Assembly (NCBI RefSeq): GCF_009914755.1
Contig: NC_060944.1
Length of the DNA: 64,000 bases
Strand: one strand, 5' to 3'
DNA from: the human T2T-CHM13v2.0 reference genome, Homo sapiens
Shown: positions 36,409-53,109 of the stretch, piece by piece
Layout: each line of letters begins with the position of its first letter
How positions within the stretch are numbered: position 1 is the stretch's first letter
Notes under the pieces: model-generated
The model's database searches: none
Told to the model about the DNA's origin: nothing
What the model saw: the letters and a program-made list of their open reading frames with translations, nothing else
Translations under genes and position numbers: made by a program

Positions 36409-37571
36409 GGGACCAGCAAAAGGGCATCTGGCTCCGCTCCTTTCTATAGTGGGAAGTAGATCCTGCCTGCCTTCATGACCACATCACAGAGGGAAGGGCA
36501 TTAGGATGCTAAGTAACCCCTACAACCGCAAATGACTATTTCACCTCCCCATTTGGACTTCTGTGAGCATATAGACATCACCAACAGTTTTGTTTTCGTT
36601 TTGCTTTTCTTGAGACAGGGTCTCACTCTGTCACCCAGGCTGGAGTGCAGTGGCATTATCATGTCTCACTGCAGCCTCTGACCTCCTGGGAACAAGCAAT
36701 CCTCTAGCCTCAGCCTCCTGAGTACCTGGGACTGCACGCATGAGCCATTATGCTTGGCTAGTTTTTTATTTTTTAATTTCTTGTAGAGACGAGCTCTTGC
36801 AATGTTGCCCAGCCTGGTCTTGAACTCCTGGGCTCAAGCAATTCTCCTACCTTGGCCTCCCAAAATTCTAGGATTAGAGGCATGAGCCACTGTGCCTGGC
36901 AGTTACTTTATTTCTACAAAACATGGAGGCATTTCCTATCACTCCTCAAATGAGTTACACCCCCCACAAAAAGCACTGTTCTAAGTGCTGAGTTTGCAAA
37001 GGCTTTAACCTCACTGAAGGGGAAAGAATTTCTTCTTCTGTCTCGCTAGTTCACTGATTGCCTCCTTCTGGCCCAATGTCTGGGGGAAAACCAAAGATCA
37101 ATGTGTCCACTTGACTTTTGCTCAGATGCTTAGTGTGCAGTTAGCTTCCAGGAGCATGGAAACTTCTTCTTCAAGGGTTCCATTAGTGATTAGACGTGCA
37201 CTTTAAAGTATGTCATGCTGCCACGTATCAGACTGGGACAGAGATGAACTGGAACATGAGAGATGTGTTGAGGTGACAGCCAGGATTCTGCCATTGTTCT
37301 TTCAGTGTATTTCTGATGCCTCTCAAATTCCATAAGGGGAGGTGTTGATGTCTGTGGTTAAGTAACATGAGGCCAGAGCTGACGCTGTGGCAGCTGCTCC
37401 CAAAGGCACAGAGTTTCTTCGTTGCCAGGAAAAGATGCCCTTGAATTTTCTGGGCTGAGGTAAGAAAGTTTGGCAGATCCTGCCTTCTCTGCTTTCTGTT
37501 TGCCTTAATGGATATCAAGATAGAAAATAAGGAGCCAGAAGGACCTTCAGAGAATCTATTCACGGCCTGTG

Positions 37572-38010
37572 TGTCTTAGGCTCCCCCCAGAAATAGACTC
37601 TCCGGCACAAATTCAAGTGCAAGTAGTTTATTTGAGTGGGAAAGCAAGGAACTGAGACAGGAGAGGGAAAGAAGCAGTAAAAGGTACATTATCAAGCAAG
37701 TTACCACTGTGGGCATCTGGAACTTAAGCCTACTGGAGCCAGTGCAGATTGTAAGCTTCAAAGTTATCCTGCAAAAGGAGTAAGGCAGCTAGGGTATTTA
37801 AACACCAGTCCCCATCCATCTTTGATTGAAGGCTGAAACTGGGAGGGCACTAATTTCCAAGTGCTTCCAGCTTGCTGTGTGAATGGGCAAAGCAAGCTCT
37901 GGCCACCAGACAAAGCCCTCGGGCAAAGAGGCAGATGCTGGCAGTTGAAAGTCAGGTGCTGTGGCACAAAATGCTAAGGCCCGAGGGGGCATGGGCAGGG
38001 CACCCAAAAC
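37572..38010 (-). mobile_element. ERVL LTR16-like element
   Basis: Minus strand ends AATAAACTACTTGCAC..GAGTCTATTTCTGGGGGAGCCTAAGACA. Confidence 0.6.
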
Positions 38011-38106
38011 ATCTGCTGTACTGTGTCCACTCTCATCCTCCAGACTTGTGGACAAACTTCCTGTTCATCATTCATTCAAAGCCCAGCATAAATCTTCCCA
38101 GAATCA

Positions 38107-38412
<306 letters not shown>

Positions 38413-39192
38413 TCAGGAGGTGCACATCCTCCACCAGATTCCTAATTGGTACAGGTGGTTTATTTCACTATTTACTGCTCAATAACTCTCTACCCGTGTT
38501 GCAGAGTCACTCAGGTTTAATCTTCTTTCAACCCTGCCAGAAAACTCATCAGCAGCCCACAGACCCTGACCACAGCCCTGGCATAACTGAATAAATGCTG
38601 ACTAATTGACTAACTCTCATTTCCTTCTATTCAGCAAATGTCCTGGATATTTGGAAATGCCACAGTTCACAGCCAATGCACTTTCAGCAGGTCCTGAAAA
38701 ATGATTTGGAGAGGTTTACAATTTGCTAAATGTGTTGAGTCTGGGATTGGTAGAGAACCATGACCTTGGGAGAATAGAATGTTTCTCTTCTCTGGGACAT
38801 AGGTCGGGTTCCTTCGGGACTATGGATAGAATTTGCTTAAACTGTGGGTCAGCTAGTTGTGAGTTGGCAACTTGGGGATGTCTGTGAGAGGCTGGGATTG
38901 TGGGGAAAGCAGAAACACTTGCTTAGTTTTGTCTGGTGTGCGAATATCCTACTAAGATTTACTGAAGGAATAGAAAGACCATCTGAGGTTTCCCATGTGA
39001 TCTTATATTAATGAAGGGATATCTTTGAGTCTCATGTCTTGCTGGTTTTCATCATTCATTTTTTTTTCTTTTTCACCCTGAGTATCAGCCTTTAATAGAA
39101 ATTGTGATATCTCAGGATCAGGTGGTTACATCAAAAAGAACCTTAATAGGTCACCTGGGCAGTCTCTCAGTCTCCAGGCTATACCGTGCTTA

Positions 39193-39545
<353 letters not shown>

Positions 39546-39554
39546 TCATAAAGT

Positions 39555-40290
39555 TTATAACATCTGCCTTATTTATATCAAATATGTCATCTATGTCAAT
39601 GTTTACAGCTATATCATTTATCTATAGGCTGTATCTTATAACATCATTTGCCTCTATATTTACACATACTCTGCCTACATCTGTGTTCACAGCTTTATCA
39701 TCTACAGCTACATTTTCATCTTTACTATCTACATCACCTATACCTATGCTTATATTACATCATTATCTACATCAACATTTTTATCTACACCTTCTGTACC
39801 AGTGGTTCTCAACTGGAGAAACTTTGCCCAGGGACATTTGGCAACTTCCAGAAAGACTTCTTATTGTTACAACTCAGGGTTGGGGGAAGAAATGCCCTCA
39901 GCATCTAGGCCAGAGATGCTGCTAAATCCCAGGGATACTGCTAAATCCTGCAATGCACAGGACAGTCCTTGACAACAAAGATATATCCGGCCTAAAATAT
40001 CAATAGTGTTGAGGTTAAGAAACTCTAATCTACATCACCTACCTCATCTGCATCCATATTTACAGCTATGCCATGCACATCTGCATCTATATTTGCATCT
40101 ACTCTATCTAAATCTGTGTATATATCTACACCATCTACTCTACATTGGCATCTACGTAGTCGACAGCTACCTCTACAGCATCTACAATATCTATGTCAAC
40201 TACATCGACGTCATCCACTCCATGTACATCATCCACATCTACGGGATCTAAACTTTGCATGCACATCTATATCTAATTATATAGATGATA
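39555..40290 (+). repeat. Degenerate (CATCTA)n low-complexity tract split by MER20
   Basis: Recurrent ACATCT/CATCTA hexamers on both sides of the transposon. Confidence 0.8.
39800..40027 (+). mobile_element. MER20 (hAT-Charlie)
   Basis: CAGTGGTTCTCAAC..GGGACATTTGGCAA..GATGCTGCTAAA..AATGCACAGGACAG..AATAGTG..GAGGTTAAGAAAC. Confidence 0.85.
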
Positions 40291-40405
40291 TAACAATCAA
40301 CACATGCTTGTTATATCAAAATGAGTGGTCCTTTTAGACTAGAAAGCAAATCTAATTTTAATTTTTCCCTCCACTGGCCACACACATAAAACGTGAGTGG
40401 AACAG

Positions 40406-40893
<488 letters not shown>

Positions 40894-41775
40894 TCTCCCA
40901 CTTTTTTAAAAAAGGGAGTAGAACAGAGGCCAATCATTGTCTATTATACTCCTTAAAGTATAAGAGGCATGAGCTGTTTTCCAACTTTGTCCTTGCTAGC
41001 AAACACCTCAATATTGTTGGTTTATGGGCTTTGATAAGCAACGAAGGAGGCTTCCATTTTGATTTGGGTCGAAGTGAGAAGTTAAACACGTGCCTGATAA
41101 ATTTCATTCCTGCTCTGTCTTTGCTTGCCAGCATCCCGGGATGAGAGGGCATCAGATGCAGAGACACTTGTGTCACAATTCATCACAATGGTGATAAAGA
41201 ATAGTTTCTTCTCAGAAGAGCGATCACTGCACTTAGAGAACCTGATATGGTTGATCACATCTTGTTCCACCGGAACTGGTCTGGGCTGGAAAACACGCAG
41301 TTGACACATGGGAAGCCGCAGATGCTGCTATTTCACCCTGGGCTCTTTGGGCCTCAGAATAGTAAAAGACATCTGATTCCATGACCAAAACAGCAGCTCG
41401 GGTTGCCACGTTCAGTTAAGCTTCCTTAGGTACATGAGCTGATTTGTCAGCCAAGATAAAAGTCAAGTGATGTTTCTAGATGAAATTGAGAACACGGGAG
41501 ATAGACAAACAAGAGCAAATCCCTGTGGCTTCTTTAGCCTGTGACATTTACTCAATAACTTCGCTTCCTGGTAGAAACCCATGCCTCCTGGAGACCATTA
41601 TTTTTCCTCCAGGAACAAGATTGGCCTGAGGCAAAGTTTCAAAACAGACTCTTACTCACCTTTTTATATTCTCATTTTTTGTAGTGTTTTCAAATTCTCA
41701 ATAAATATTAATACTAATACCTAGAACTTGGAAATGAGAAATCAGAAGTTATTTACTCATTATTCTGGATTTAAC

Positions 41776-42678
<903 letters not shown>

Positions 42679-44772
42679 TAAAAAGTGTAAAGTTCTTAAT
42701 ATTTATTTTATTTGCAAAAACGCCTCCCAGTTAGCAGCAGACAGGGCCAGGAACACATGCTTGTAACATGGTATCAGTTATAAGCAAGGCAGACTGATCA
42801 GCCCATGGCACCTTCTCTACATGTGCTCCCTGCCTTGCTCTCAGAAATGTTGACCTCAACCTTCAACTGCTATGTCAGTTGATCTTGCCTTCAGTGGATC
42901 CCTCGATGAATCTCTCAAACCACTGGGGCCTCTGCTGATTGTTAAGCTTTAATTCTCGCAGAATTGCAATACATTTTTTCCATTTTCTCAACTGATTTGT
43001 CTCAGAATTTGGGATGTAGAAGAGTATATAAATTGTCCAGAAATGCTGGGAAGGAATTTTCTCATGGCCACACTACTCATCACGTCATCAGTGGGGACTC
43101 CCTCTTTCCTGGCCTGGTGCTCTGACCACCCAAAGTTCCCTTCTACCTGGTCCGTCTCGGCTTACCCTTTTCCCTTAATCATTTAAGCTTCAAGGATACA
43201 CACTCCCTACCAGAAAAACTCCAGGATTCTCCAGGCTGGACTTTAGACTTGAAGAGAACAGCAATCCAACTGAACTATTTCACCCTGAAGTATGAATAAC
43301 TAATATGCCTTCTGTAGGAATTAGAAGCATAATCAAAATAACAAATATTTCTGCAAGTATGGGAAAAATAGTCCAACAAAGCATTCCCTTCAGCGATAGC
43401 AGAAGCAAAGGTTTTCAAGGGCCACCTAGATGATAAACTGTGGGCACTGGGCTGGATGTGAGACCGTAAAGAGTGGTGGAGACAGAGTGTGGTCAAACTT
43501 CAACTAAAGGCGTTTGAATTCAAATGTTTAAGACAACCAACCAGTAAGAGCCAAACATAACTCACTTTAGTGACAGCCAAGCTTGGCCCTCAGGCTACTA
43601 GTTTTTTATCTCTCTGTTGAATACTCCAGTGAGATATGGGCCTAATGGAAGCCAATTCTTGTTGCTAAGCCAACTTCAGATCCCAGAGAGTTAGAATCAC
43701 AGATTAAAACGTTCTAACCACCATAATTAAAAAAAAAAAAACCAAATAGGTAAAATGTCATCATTTTTAATGTTAGACTTTTAATAAATTTAGTAATTAG
43801 ATGAGAAAAATCATGTCCCATATGTAGGCTACGTATTTGTAAACAAGGTAAGGTGAGGAATTCAGAAAATTATAATTACATGCTCCTCCCATTTAACTAG
43901 TGCACATACGTTAGAAATGTTCCCTTATATTACATAATTGGTTGATCACCCTTATCCGTATACAAATTCAAATGAAATCCTAATGGTAAAATGAGAGCAT
44001 AGCTCACTGCACTACAGCCTTGAACTCCTGGGCTAAGCCATCATTCTGCCTCAGCCTCCCGAGTAGCTGGGACTATACATAGGCATGCACCACTGTGCCT
44101 GGCTAGTCACTGGCTTTTTATCCATTAAATATATCCTGAATGCAGTGCAATACTCACCACAGTAGCTTGATGTGATTCTTCCCTTTTAACTCTGTTAGAA
44201 ACATTTTCACAGTCGAAGTTTGTCTTATGTGTACAAATGTGCACAATGTTGTCTCCCTGTGGCCTGCTGTTCTAGTAACCAGATTTTTATTCCCTTAACT
44301 GTGACATTTGACTGCAATGCTGCATAAAAGGCACCATTTGGGGGGAGAAAAGATTTTAATCAACATATACCTCAGCTGCTCTATCTCTTCTTAACATGAT
44401 GGTGGGTTTCCTCCAATACAAAGGGTCTCAGTTCCCCTATAGAATTTTTCTTAGCATGTCTGTGATTACTTGAAGTGTTATTCGTTAATGACTTCCGAAT
44501 CTTTCTACCAGGTTAAGGTGATCTTTGCAATGCCAAAGATATTGAACTCTACTTGGGCCCTAAAATCTCATTGTCCTTCTTCCTTGATGTAGACATTGAA
44601 GATTTTAATATCTCATTTCCATCTCCATCACTTGAGATTGTTGAGATGGTTCTTGCCCACCTGGGACAGAACATCAGCCAGGCAGAGGAAGGAATGTGAG
44701 CATTAAAAGCCAACAAGGCTGTTTCAAATCAGAGTTCTGTCATAAATAGCTGTGTCACCTTGAGCAAATTGC

Positions 44773-45083
<311 letters not shown>

Positions 45084-45528
45084 TGCTTAACGTCTCTTAA
45101 CTGTGCTGTTTTTATCTTCAGGACGAGCATAATGAACTCTGCCTCATGGGAGTATTTTAAGGATTCACAGAAATGATGTTTAAGATGCAGGAAGCACATC
45201 ATAGGAATGGAGGAGGCTTATAGAAGCCCTCAATACATGGGAACGGCTCTTATCCTTCCCCATCCATTGCCCATCCCTTCTACATCCCCACCTCTTTTTC
45301 CTTATTCATCCAATTCTGTGTCGGTTTCCTTGGGCTGCAGTAACAAACTATCACAAACTTGGTGGCTTAAAACTTATTCTCTCACGGTTCTGAAGCTAGA
45401 GGTCTGAAATCAAGAATCGAGGTTTCACCAGGACTGTGTTCTCTCTGAATCCTACAGGGAAGCATCCTTCCTTGCTTCTTCCCAGTTTCGGATGGTTGAC
45501 AGCAATCTTCTGCATTCCTTGGCTTGTA

Positions 45529-45599
45529 TTAGGTTGGCGCAAAACCAATTGCGGTTGTTGCCATTAAAAGTAATGGCAATTGGTTTTGCACCAACCTAA
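45529..45599. mobile_element. MADE1 (Hsmar1 MITE) inside an MLT1-type LTR (~45317-45840)
   Basis: TA|TTAGGTTGGCGCAAAA...TTTTGCACCAACCTAA; palindromic mariner terminal inverted repeats. Confidence 0.9.
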
Positions 45600-46769
45600 T
45601 TGCTACATATCTCCATGTGTCCCTCTTCACATGACATTCTTTCCTGGGTTTCCTCTGCTTCTCTGTATCCAAATCTCCCTCTTCATATAAAAACACCAGT
45701 TGTTGAATTTAAGGTCTTGATTCAGTATAACCTCACCTTAACTAGTGACCTCTGCAAGGACTCTATTTCTAACATAAGATCACATTCTAAGGGTCCAGAT
45801 TAACTTGAATTTTGGGGGGATTCTATTCCACCCAGTATCTTCACTTTGGGATGTTCAAGTCTTGCCCACCAGGAAGGCCCAGATCAGATTCCATCACCTA
45901 GGTGTATTGTCCCTAACTGACAGCTGCTATGACTATCCCATGGTATAAACCATGGGAACACATCTGTCCTATGCCCAGCGGTGCACTGGTAAATGTTTAG
46001 CAAACAGCTCCACTGAGTAGGTGCTGGCAGGGAAACCCTGATATATATGCAGCTGGTTTATGTGCTGTATTCTCCCACCATGGCCAAGTTCAAGCTACCA
46101 ACATGATGTTAATCAACTCTTGAAGTTTCTGAAAATTTAGCAATCAGCTCTCTCAAGCTAGTATGAGGCAACTCAAAGATGAGTGGCACACTTCCTGTAA
46201 CTACTGTTTTGTCTTTAATGTTACTCATCATCCTATGAAATAATAAGCTTCTCTGACATATATTTACTTACGAGCCAGTTAAAAATCATCTCCAGTGGAA
46301 GCCTTGAGGGCCTCTGCCAACCTTTGAAATATCTAGTGGCCCAATTTTGTATTTTGTATTTTCCTCCAAAGAAGCACTCATAATCCTGTATTATAATAAT
46401 GTATTTGCTTCTTTGAATTCTTGACAGGCTCACTGAGGGCAGTTACTGTGTGTCCTAGTTGTCCCTGAATCCCAACAACTTGCACAATGTCAGACTCTCT
46501 GCAGGAGCTCACTTGTCAAATTGAATTGATCGAAAGGATCAGGGTCCGGTCAATGTCTTGTTTTGTCTTCCACAGTGTCATGCACATAGTAGGCACTCAG
46601 TACACCTTTCCCCAAATCACACTATATCATAATTTTGGCCCCAAGAGTAGACCACCCACCCTCATGCTGTTTGAATGCCCTCCCTAATAGTGGTTCCCAT
46701 ACCTGGTTGTGCATCATTCATTCATGCACATGCAATATGCATATTGTTGAATGAATGAACGAAGCACAG

Positions 46770-48080
46770 CCAGATATGGGAACCGTCATAGCAGCCACTA
46801 TGAGCCAGGTACTGTTCTAGGTGCTTGGAATAGAGGACACAATGAAACAGGCGAAAACTCCTGCCCTCATGGAGCTTAGACTCTAGTGGGAGAGATAGGA
46901 AACAAACAATTAAAACATACATGGTGTTTTACTGGTGTGGTAAGTGCTTAGGAGAACAATGGAACAGAAGAAAGGATAGAGCATGCTGGCAAAGGGAGAG
47001 GGAGAAAATCTCAGAAGGCCACACCGAAAGGTGGCATTGAAGGAAATCCCTGAAGGAGGGAGGGAAGGAGGATGAGAATCTCTGGCCCTGGATGAGGGCA
47101 CAGTGAGTGCAAAGGACCTGAGACAGAAGAATACTTGGCATGTCTAAGGAACAGCACAGAGGCAAGTGTTCCTGGAGAAGAGTACATGAGGGGGAAAGCA
47201 GGAGACATGAGAGACATACTGAGAGCTGAATTGTAAAGGGCTGGTAGCCACTGTAAAGACTCTGTCTCATGAATGACACGAGAGCTGTTGAGGGCATTTT
47301 CAGAAGAGGAATGACATGACTTGACTAAAGACATTAGTGTACTCTGTTTAGATATTATATGGAGGAAGGATTGTAAAGAGACAAGGACAGAAGTAGGAAG
47401 ACCACTGAGGAGGCCGTTCATTGTGTAGGTGAGGGTTGATGATGACCTGTGGCAGTGGTGGTAGTCAATGGAGGTGGAAATCAGTGGCCAGATTCTGGAT
47501 ATATTTTAAAGGTTGAGTCCACAGGATTCTTAAAAAGATTAGCTATTGGATATGAGAGGACAGAGGAGTTAAGAATGACTCCAAGGTTTGTGGCTGAGCA
47601 CCTGAAATTATGGAGACACCATTTACTGGGATGAGGAAGTCTAAGGGAACAGCACATTCACATGGGAATATCAAGAGTTTAGTGTCGGACAGGTGAGGTC
47701 TGAAATGGATATGCAACATCTAAGTATAGATGTCAGGTAGGCAATTGCATATTTGAGCCAGAATTCAGAAGAGCAATTGGAATTGGAGTTATAAATCTTG
47801 AAGATGTCACCTAATTAATGATGATACTTAAAATCAAGAGTCTGGATGAGAGCACCAAGAAGGAAGAATGGATAGAGAAGAGAAGAAGTCCAGTGCTGAG
47901 GTTTGGGACACTCTGATGTTTAGAGATTTGGGGAATGAGGAGACAACAAAAGAACCTGAAATGAAGAGCTCAGAGAAACAGGTGAGTGCAGTGTCTCAGG
48001 AACTAAGTAAAAAAAGGATTTCAAGGTGGAGAGAATGATCAGCTGTGTCATAGGCTACTGATAGGGCAGGCAAGGTGACT
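46770..48080 (-). mobile_element. L2 LINE fragment
   Basis: L2 3' motifs (ACTATGAGCCAGGTACTGTTCTAGGTGCTTGG; CCTGCCCTCATGGAGCTTA; GATTCTGGATATATTTTAAAGG). Confidence 0.8.
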
Positions 48081-48084
48081 ACAG

Positions 48085-51000
48085 GGCAATATTATGAGTA
48101 AATGTATGCCAACAAATAAGAAAACAGATGAAATGGACAAATTCAAAGAAAAACAAAAACTACTTAACTGGACTCAAGAAGAAATAGAAAACCTAGGCTG
48201 CATATGGTGGCTCATGCCTGTAATATCAGTACTTTGGGAGGCTGAGGTGGGCAGATCACTTGGGCTGAAAGGTTCGAGACCAGCCTGGACAAGAAGCAAA
48301 ACCCTGTCTCTACAAAAAAAAAAAAAGCAAAAATTAGCTGGGCATGGTGATGCATGCTTGTGGTCCCAGCTCCTTGGGATGTTGAGGTGACAGAATCACT
48401 TGAGGCCAGGAGGTTGAGACTGCAGTAAGCAGTGATCATACCACTGTAATCCAATCTGGGTGACAGGATGAGACTGTCTCAAAACAAAAAAAAAAAAAAA
48501 AAAAGGAAGAAGAAGAAATAGAAAATCCAAACAGATCTATACCAAGTAAAGAATAGTCAATTAGTAATTTAAAAACTTTCCCCAAAGGAAAGCCTAGTTT
48601 CAGATAGCTTCATGGGTGAATTCTATCAAACATTTAAAGTAAAATTAAGATGAATCATTTACAAACTCTTTCAAAAAAAAAAAAAGAAGAAGGAAACACA
48701 GTGAAGAAGAAGAGGAACACTTCCCAACCCTGTCAGGCCAGTGATAACCTAATACCAAAACCAGACAATGCCAATGTACCTTATGATACACATGCAAAAA
48801 GCTTAAGCAAAGTACTAGCAAACTGAAGCCAACAATATATAAAAGGCATTAGATGTCATTAACAAGTGGGATTTATCCCACATATGCAGGGCTCATTCAT
48901 TATTTAAAAATCTTCCAGCATGATATACCTTATTAAGAGAATAAAAGGAAAAAAACTACCATGTGGTCATCTCATAGATACTGAAAAAGCATTTGACAAA
49001 ATCTAACAGTCTTTTGTGATTTAAAAAAAAAAGTCAACAAACTAGAAATCTAAGGAAATTTTCTTGACCTGACAAAGGACTACTATAAAAAGCCCATGGC
49101 TAACACCATACTTAATAGTAAAATACTGAAAGCTTTCCCCCTGAGATCAGGAACAAAACAAAAATAAGACAAAAATATCCACTCTTGCCATTTTTGTTAA
49201 GCAGTTTACTGGCAGCACTACATAGGCTAATTAGACCAGAAAAATAAATGAAAGGCATCCAGGTTGGAAAGAAAGAAGTAAAAATATACCTATTTGCATA
49301 TGACACAATTCTGTATATAGAAAATCCTAAGAAATGCAAACACACACGCTGACACACACACACACAACTATCAGAACTGATAAGTTCTAGTTCAGAAAGG
49401 TTGCAAGAAACAAGAAGAATACACAAAAGTCAATTGCATTTCTATATACTAGCAATGAAAGGAAATTAAGAAAACAACTTCATTTACAATAACATCAAAA
49501 AAAACACTTAAAAATAAATTTAACAAAAGAAATGCAAGACTTCTACACTGGAAACTACAAAACCTTGTTAAATTAGATGATACCTGAATAAATGGAAAGG
49601 CATCCTGTGTTAATGGATCATATGACTTAATATTGCTTAGATTGCAGTGTTCCCCAAACTGATCTACAGTTACAATGCAATCACTATTAAAATCCCTTTT
49701 TTTTTTTCAGTAATAGGCAAACTGATCCTAAAATTTGTATGGAGATTCAAGGGGTCCAGAATAGCCAAAATAGTCTTGGAAAAAAAAAAAAAAGAACAAA
49801 GTTGAATGACTCACACTTACTACAAAGCTACTGTAAATAAGATTGTGTGGTACTGGCATAAGAATAGACATATAGGTCAACAGAATAGAATTGGAATACA
49901 AAAATAAAAACATACATTTATGTAAAATTGGTACAAGGGTGACAAGACAATTCAAGGGGGAAAGAATATTCTTTTCAACAATAATGCTGACTCATCTGGA
50001 TATCCATATGCAAAAGAATGAAGTTGTATCCCTACCTTACATCACATACAAAATGAACTCAAAATGGATCATAGACATAAACATAAGAACTCAAAGTATA
50101 AAACTCTTAGAAGAAAACATAGGAGAAAATCTCGAGCCTTAGACTAAGCAATGATTTCTTAGATATAAAACCTAAAGCAAAAGCAACCAAGGAAAAAGTA
50201 GATAAATCGGGTGGCATCAAAAGTTAAAACTTTTGTGCTTCAAAGTACACCATGAAAAAATTGAAAAGACAACCAGAAAGTGGGAGAAAATATTTGCAAA
50301 TCGTATATCAGATTAGAGACATATACAAAAGATATAAAACAATTCACAACTTAGCAATAAAAAGACAAATAACTCAATTTAAAAATGACAAAAGGATTTG
50401 AATATATATTTTTTTCAGAGAAGATATACTAATGGCCAATAAGCATGTGAAAAGATGCAAATATTATTAGCTATTAGAGAATTACAAATCACCATGAGAT
50501 ATAATTTCATATCCATTAGAATGGCTATAATCAAAAGGACAGACAAGAATAATTAGTGAGGATATAATGAAATTGGACCCCTCATATGCTGTTGATGGGA
50601 CTATAAAATGGTGCAGCCACTGTAATAAACACTTTGGCAGTTCCTTAAAAAGTTAAGCATACAAGTTAGCATATGACCTGGCAATTCCACTCCCAAGTAT
50701 ACACTCAAGAGAAATGAAAACATATGTTGCCCCAAAAGTTGTACACAAACATTTATAACAGCATCATTCAAAATAGCCCCAAAGTAGAAACAACCCAAAT
50801 GTCCATCAACAGATGAATGGGTAAACAAAATGTGGTATATCCACATAATGAAACAGTACTCAGCTATGAAAAGAAATGAAGTACTGATACATGCTGCAAC
50901 TGGCATGAACATTGAAAATACTATTTTAAGTGAAAGAAGCCAGACACAAACAGCCACATATTATATGATTATATAAAATGTCCAGAATAGGCAAATCAAT

Positions 51001-51225
51001 AGAGACAGAAATACATCAGCGGTTGCCAGGAGCTGAGGGAGGGGGAATAGGGAGTAACTACTTATAAATACGGAGTTTCTTGCTGGGATGATGAAAAGCT
51101 TTTTGAAATTAGACAGTGACTATGGTTGTATAACTGTACATAGATACTAAAGTACTGAATTTTACACTTTAAAGGGAAGTATTTCATTGTGTATAAATTA
51201 CATGTCAATGAAGCTGCTATTGTTT
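48085..51225 (+). mobile_element. L1MB-type ORF2 3' part and 3'UTR with nested Alu (~48195-48504)
   Basis: RT-region remnants (GAAAAAGCATTTGACAAAAT; TATTTGCATATGAC; AAACTCTTAGAAGAAAACATAGG) and L1M 3'UTR. Confidence 0.88.
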
Positions 51226-52794
51226 TGAAATCGCAATAGCAGCTGCCATGTCTTGAATGCCACCGTGTGCCAGGCACAGTAGTAGGGGGTTACAAAAACT
51301 AGCTCATTTCCTGCACAGGCCAGGCATCTGAGGTTGGCATTGTCATCCTTCTTTTATAGATGAGGAAGGCAAGTTTCATAGTTAAGTCACTTGTTCCACA
51401 ATCACACAGTTGGTAAGTGGCCTAAATGGGATTTGACCTGAGGTCTCAAACTCTTCACCATACATTACACAATCTTGGACTGCAGTGGAGGTGGCTGGGG
51501 ACAGGTCAGAAATGAATCAGAAACAAGACTAGTTACAAGAACTCAGACTCCAGATGGGGCCAGACCACCTACAAATGTGACCTGATACTGAACTCTGAGG
51601 GGCTGAACTCTGTGTATCTCCCTTAACAGACTCTAAGGGAGGTTCTGAGACTCAGGCAAGGCTGAGCCCATAGGAATGGGGCAAAACGTGTTAGTTTTGG
51701 ACAGATGAGACCTGTAGAAGCAGTCAAGTGATGCCACAAGATCCTTAACCAGCTGAAATGCAGACATCCTGATCCAGGGAATCATCCCGGAGGTTGGGCA
51801 AGATGCTGTCAGGGTCCAGAGATAAACAAGACCCTCCTCCCAGGAGCTCTGGACGGCCTTCCAACCCACCACCCACTTTGCAGTCCTCACAGAAATGTCC
51901 ACTTCGATGTTATCATGAGAGGAACTGTTTCCAGACGAAGTCAGAGCAGAACCGGCCCACTAGGGGCCACAACCCACAGGCTATAAACTGAGGGATCTGG
52001 AGAAGGTTCTTAATTAAAGAGTGTCCCTGGGGGAACCCCTGCACTGGGTCTGAAATTCCAATCATGGACTCTGTCCCCTTGGATGTCTTCAGGAACAAGT
52101 CGTTATGAAATGGTTCCAGGAATGATATTGGTTTGGAGCCTCCTAGCATCAATAGCACTTTTTAATAGCACATTTTGTGCAAACTACCTCTTCACTTTTG
52201 GATCTGGTGTGGTGGGATGTTAATTAGGTACTCATGGGGCAGGCAGATTATGTAATCTGGGTCGTTTGGATGCTTACAACAGGATGACAAGGAGACAGAG
52301 CATGGTCTCTGAGTTACTTCTTCCTTATCTCCCAAAGTTTTCTTGGTGTCTTCCTTACATCTAGAGGGATCAGGAGAAGTATAAAAGAGGTTATGGAAAG
52401 GAAAGCTTTGCGGGCCACTGTCTGACTTGGCATTTCAGTGCCTGCTTTGAGCTTTGCATGATCATCTATGTATCCTTTTTCCTCAAAGCAAGAAGCAGCA
52501 GCATCCATGAATACCACTGCGTGGGTTTACCCACAGCAGAGGGCAGGAGCTTGCGTGTTACACTCTGCCTCTTACGTACTCTCCCTGTTTCTTTCTCCCA
52601 CCACAACCCCACTGCCAAAACTGTGTTTAAGCATTGCAATAAAAACACATTATTATGTAAACAAGCCACCACTCTAGCTTTGAAGAATGCTATCAATTTC
52701 ATGAAGTCCTTGGGTAAATTCAAGAATCAAAGAGTTCAGCTTCATTTTTCAATGGCTAAGATGTTTCTCTGGAGGCAGTTCCCATCCTTCATGA

Positions 52795-53109
<315 letters not shown>

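Noticed and set aside
44505-44661. Minus-strand exon-like reading (VGKNHLNNLK*WRWK*...)
   Set aside because: Three stops versus one on the + strand, and no partner segments on the minus strand.
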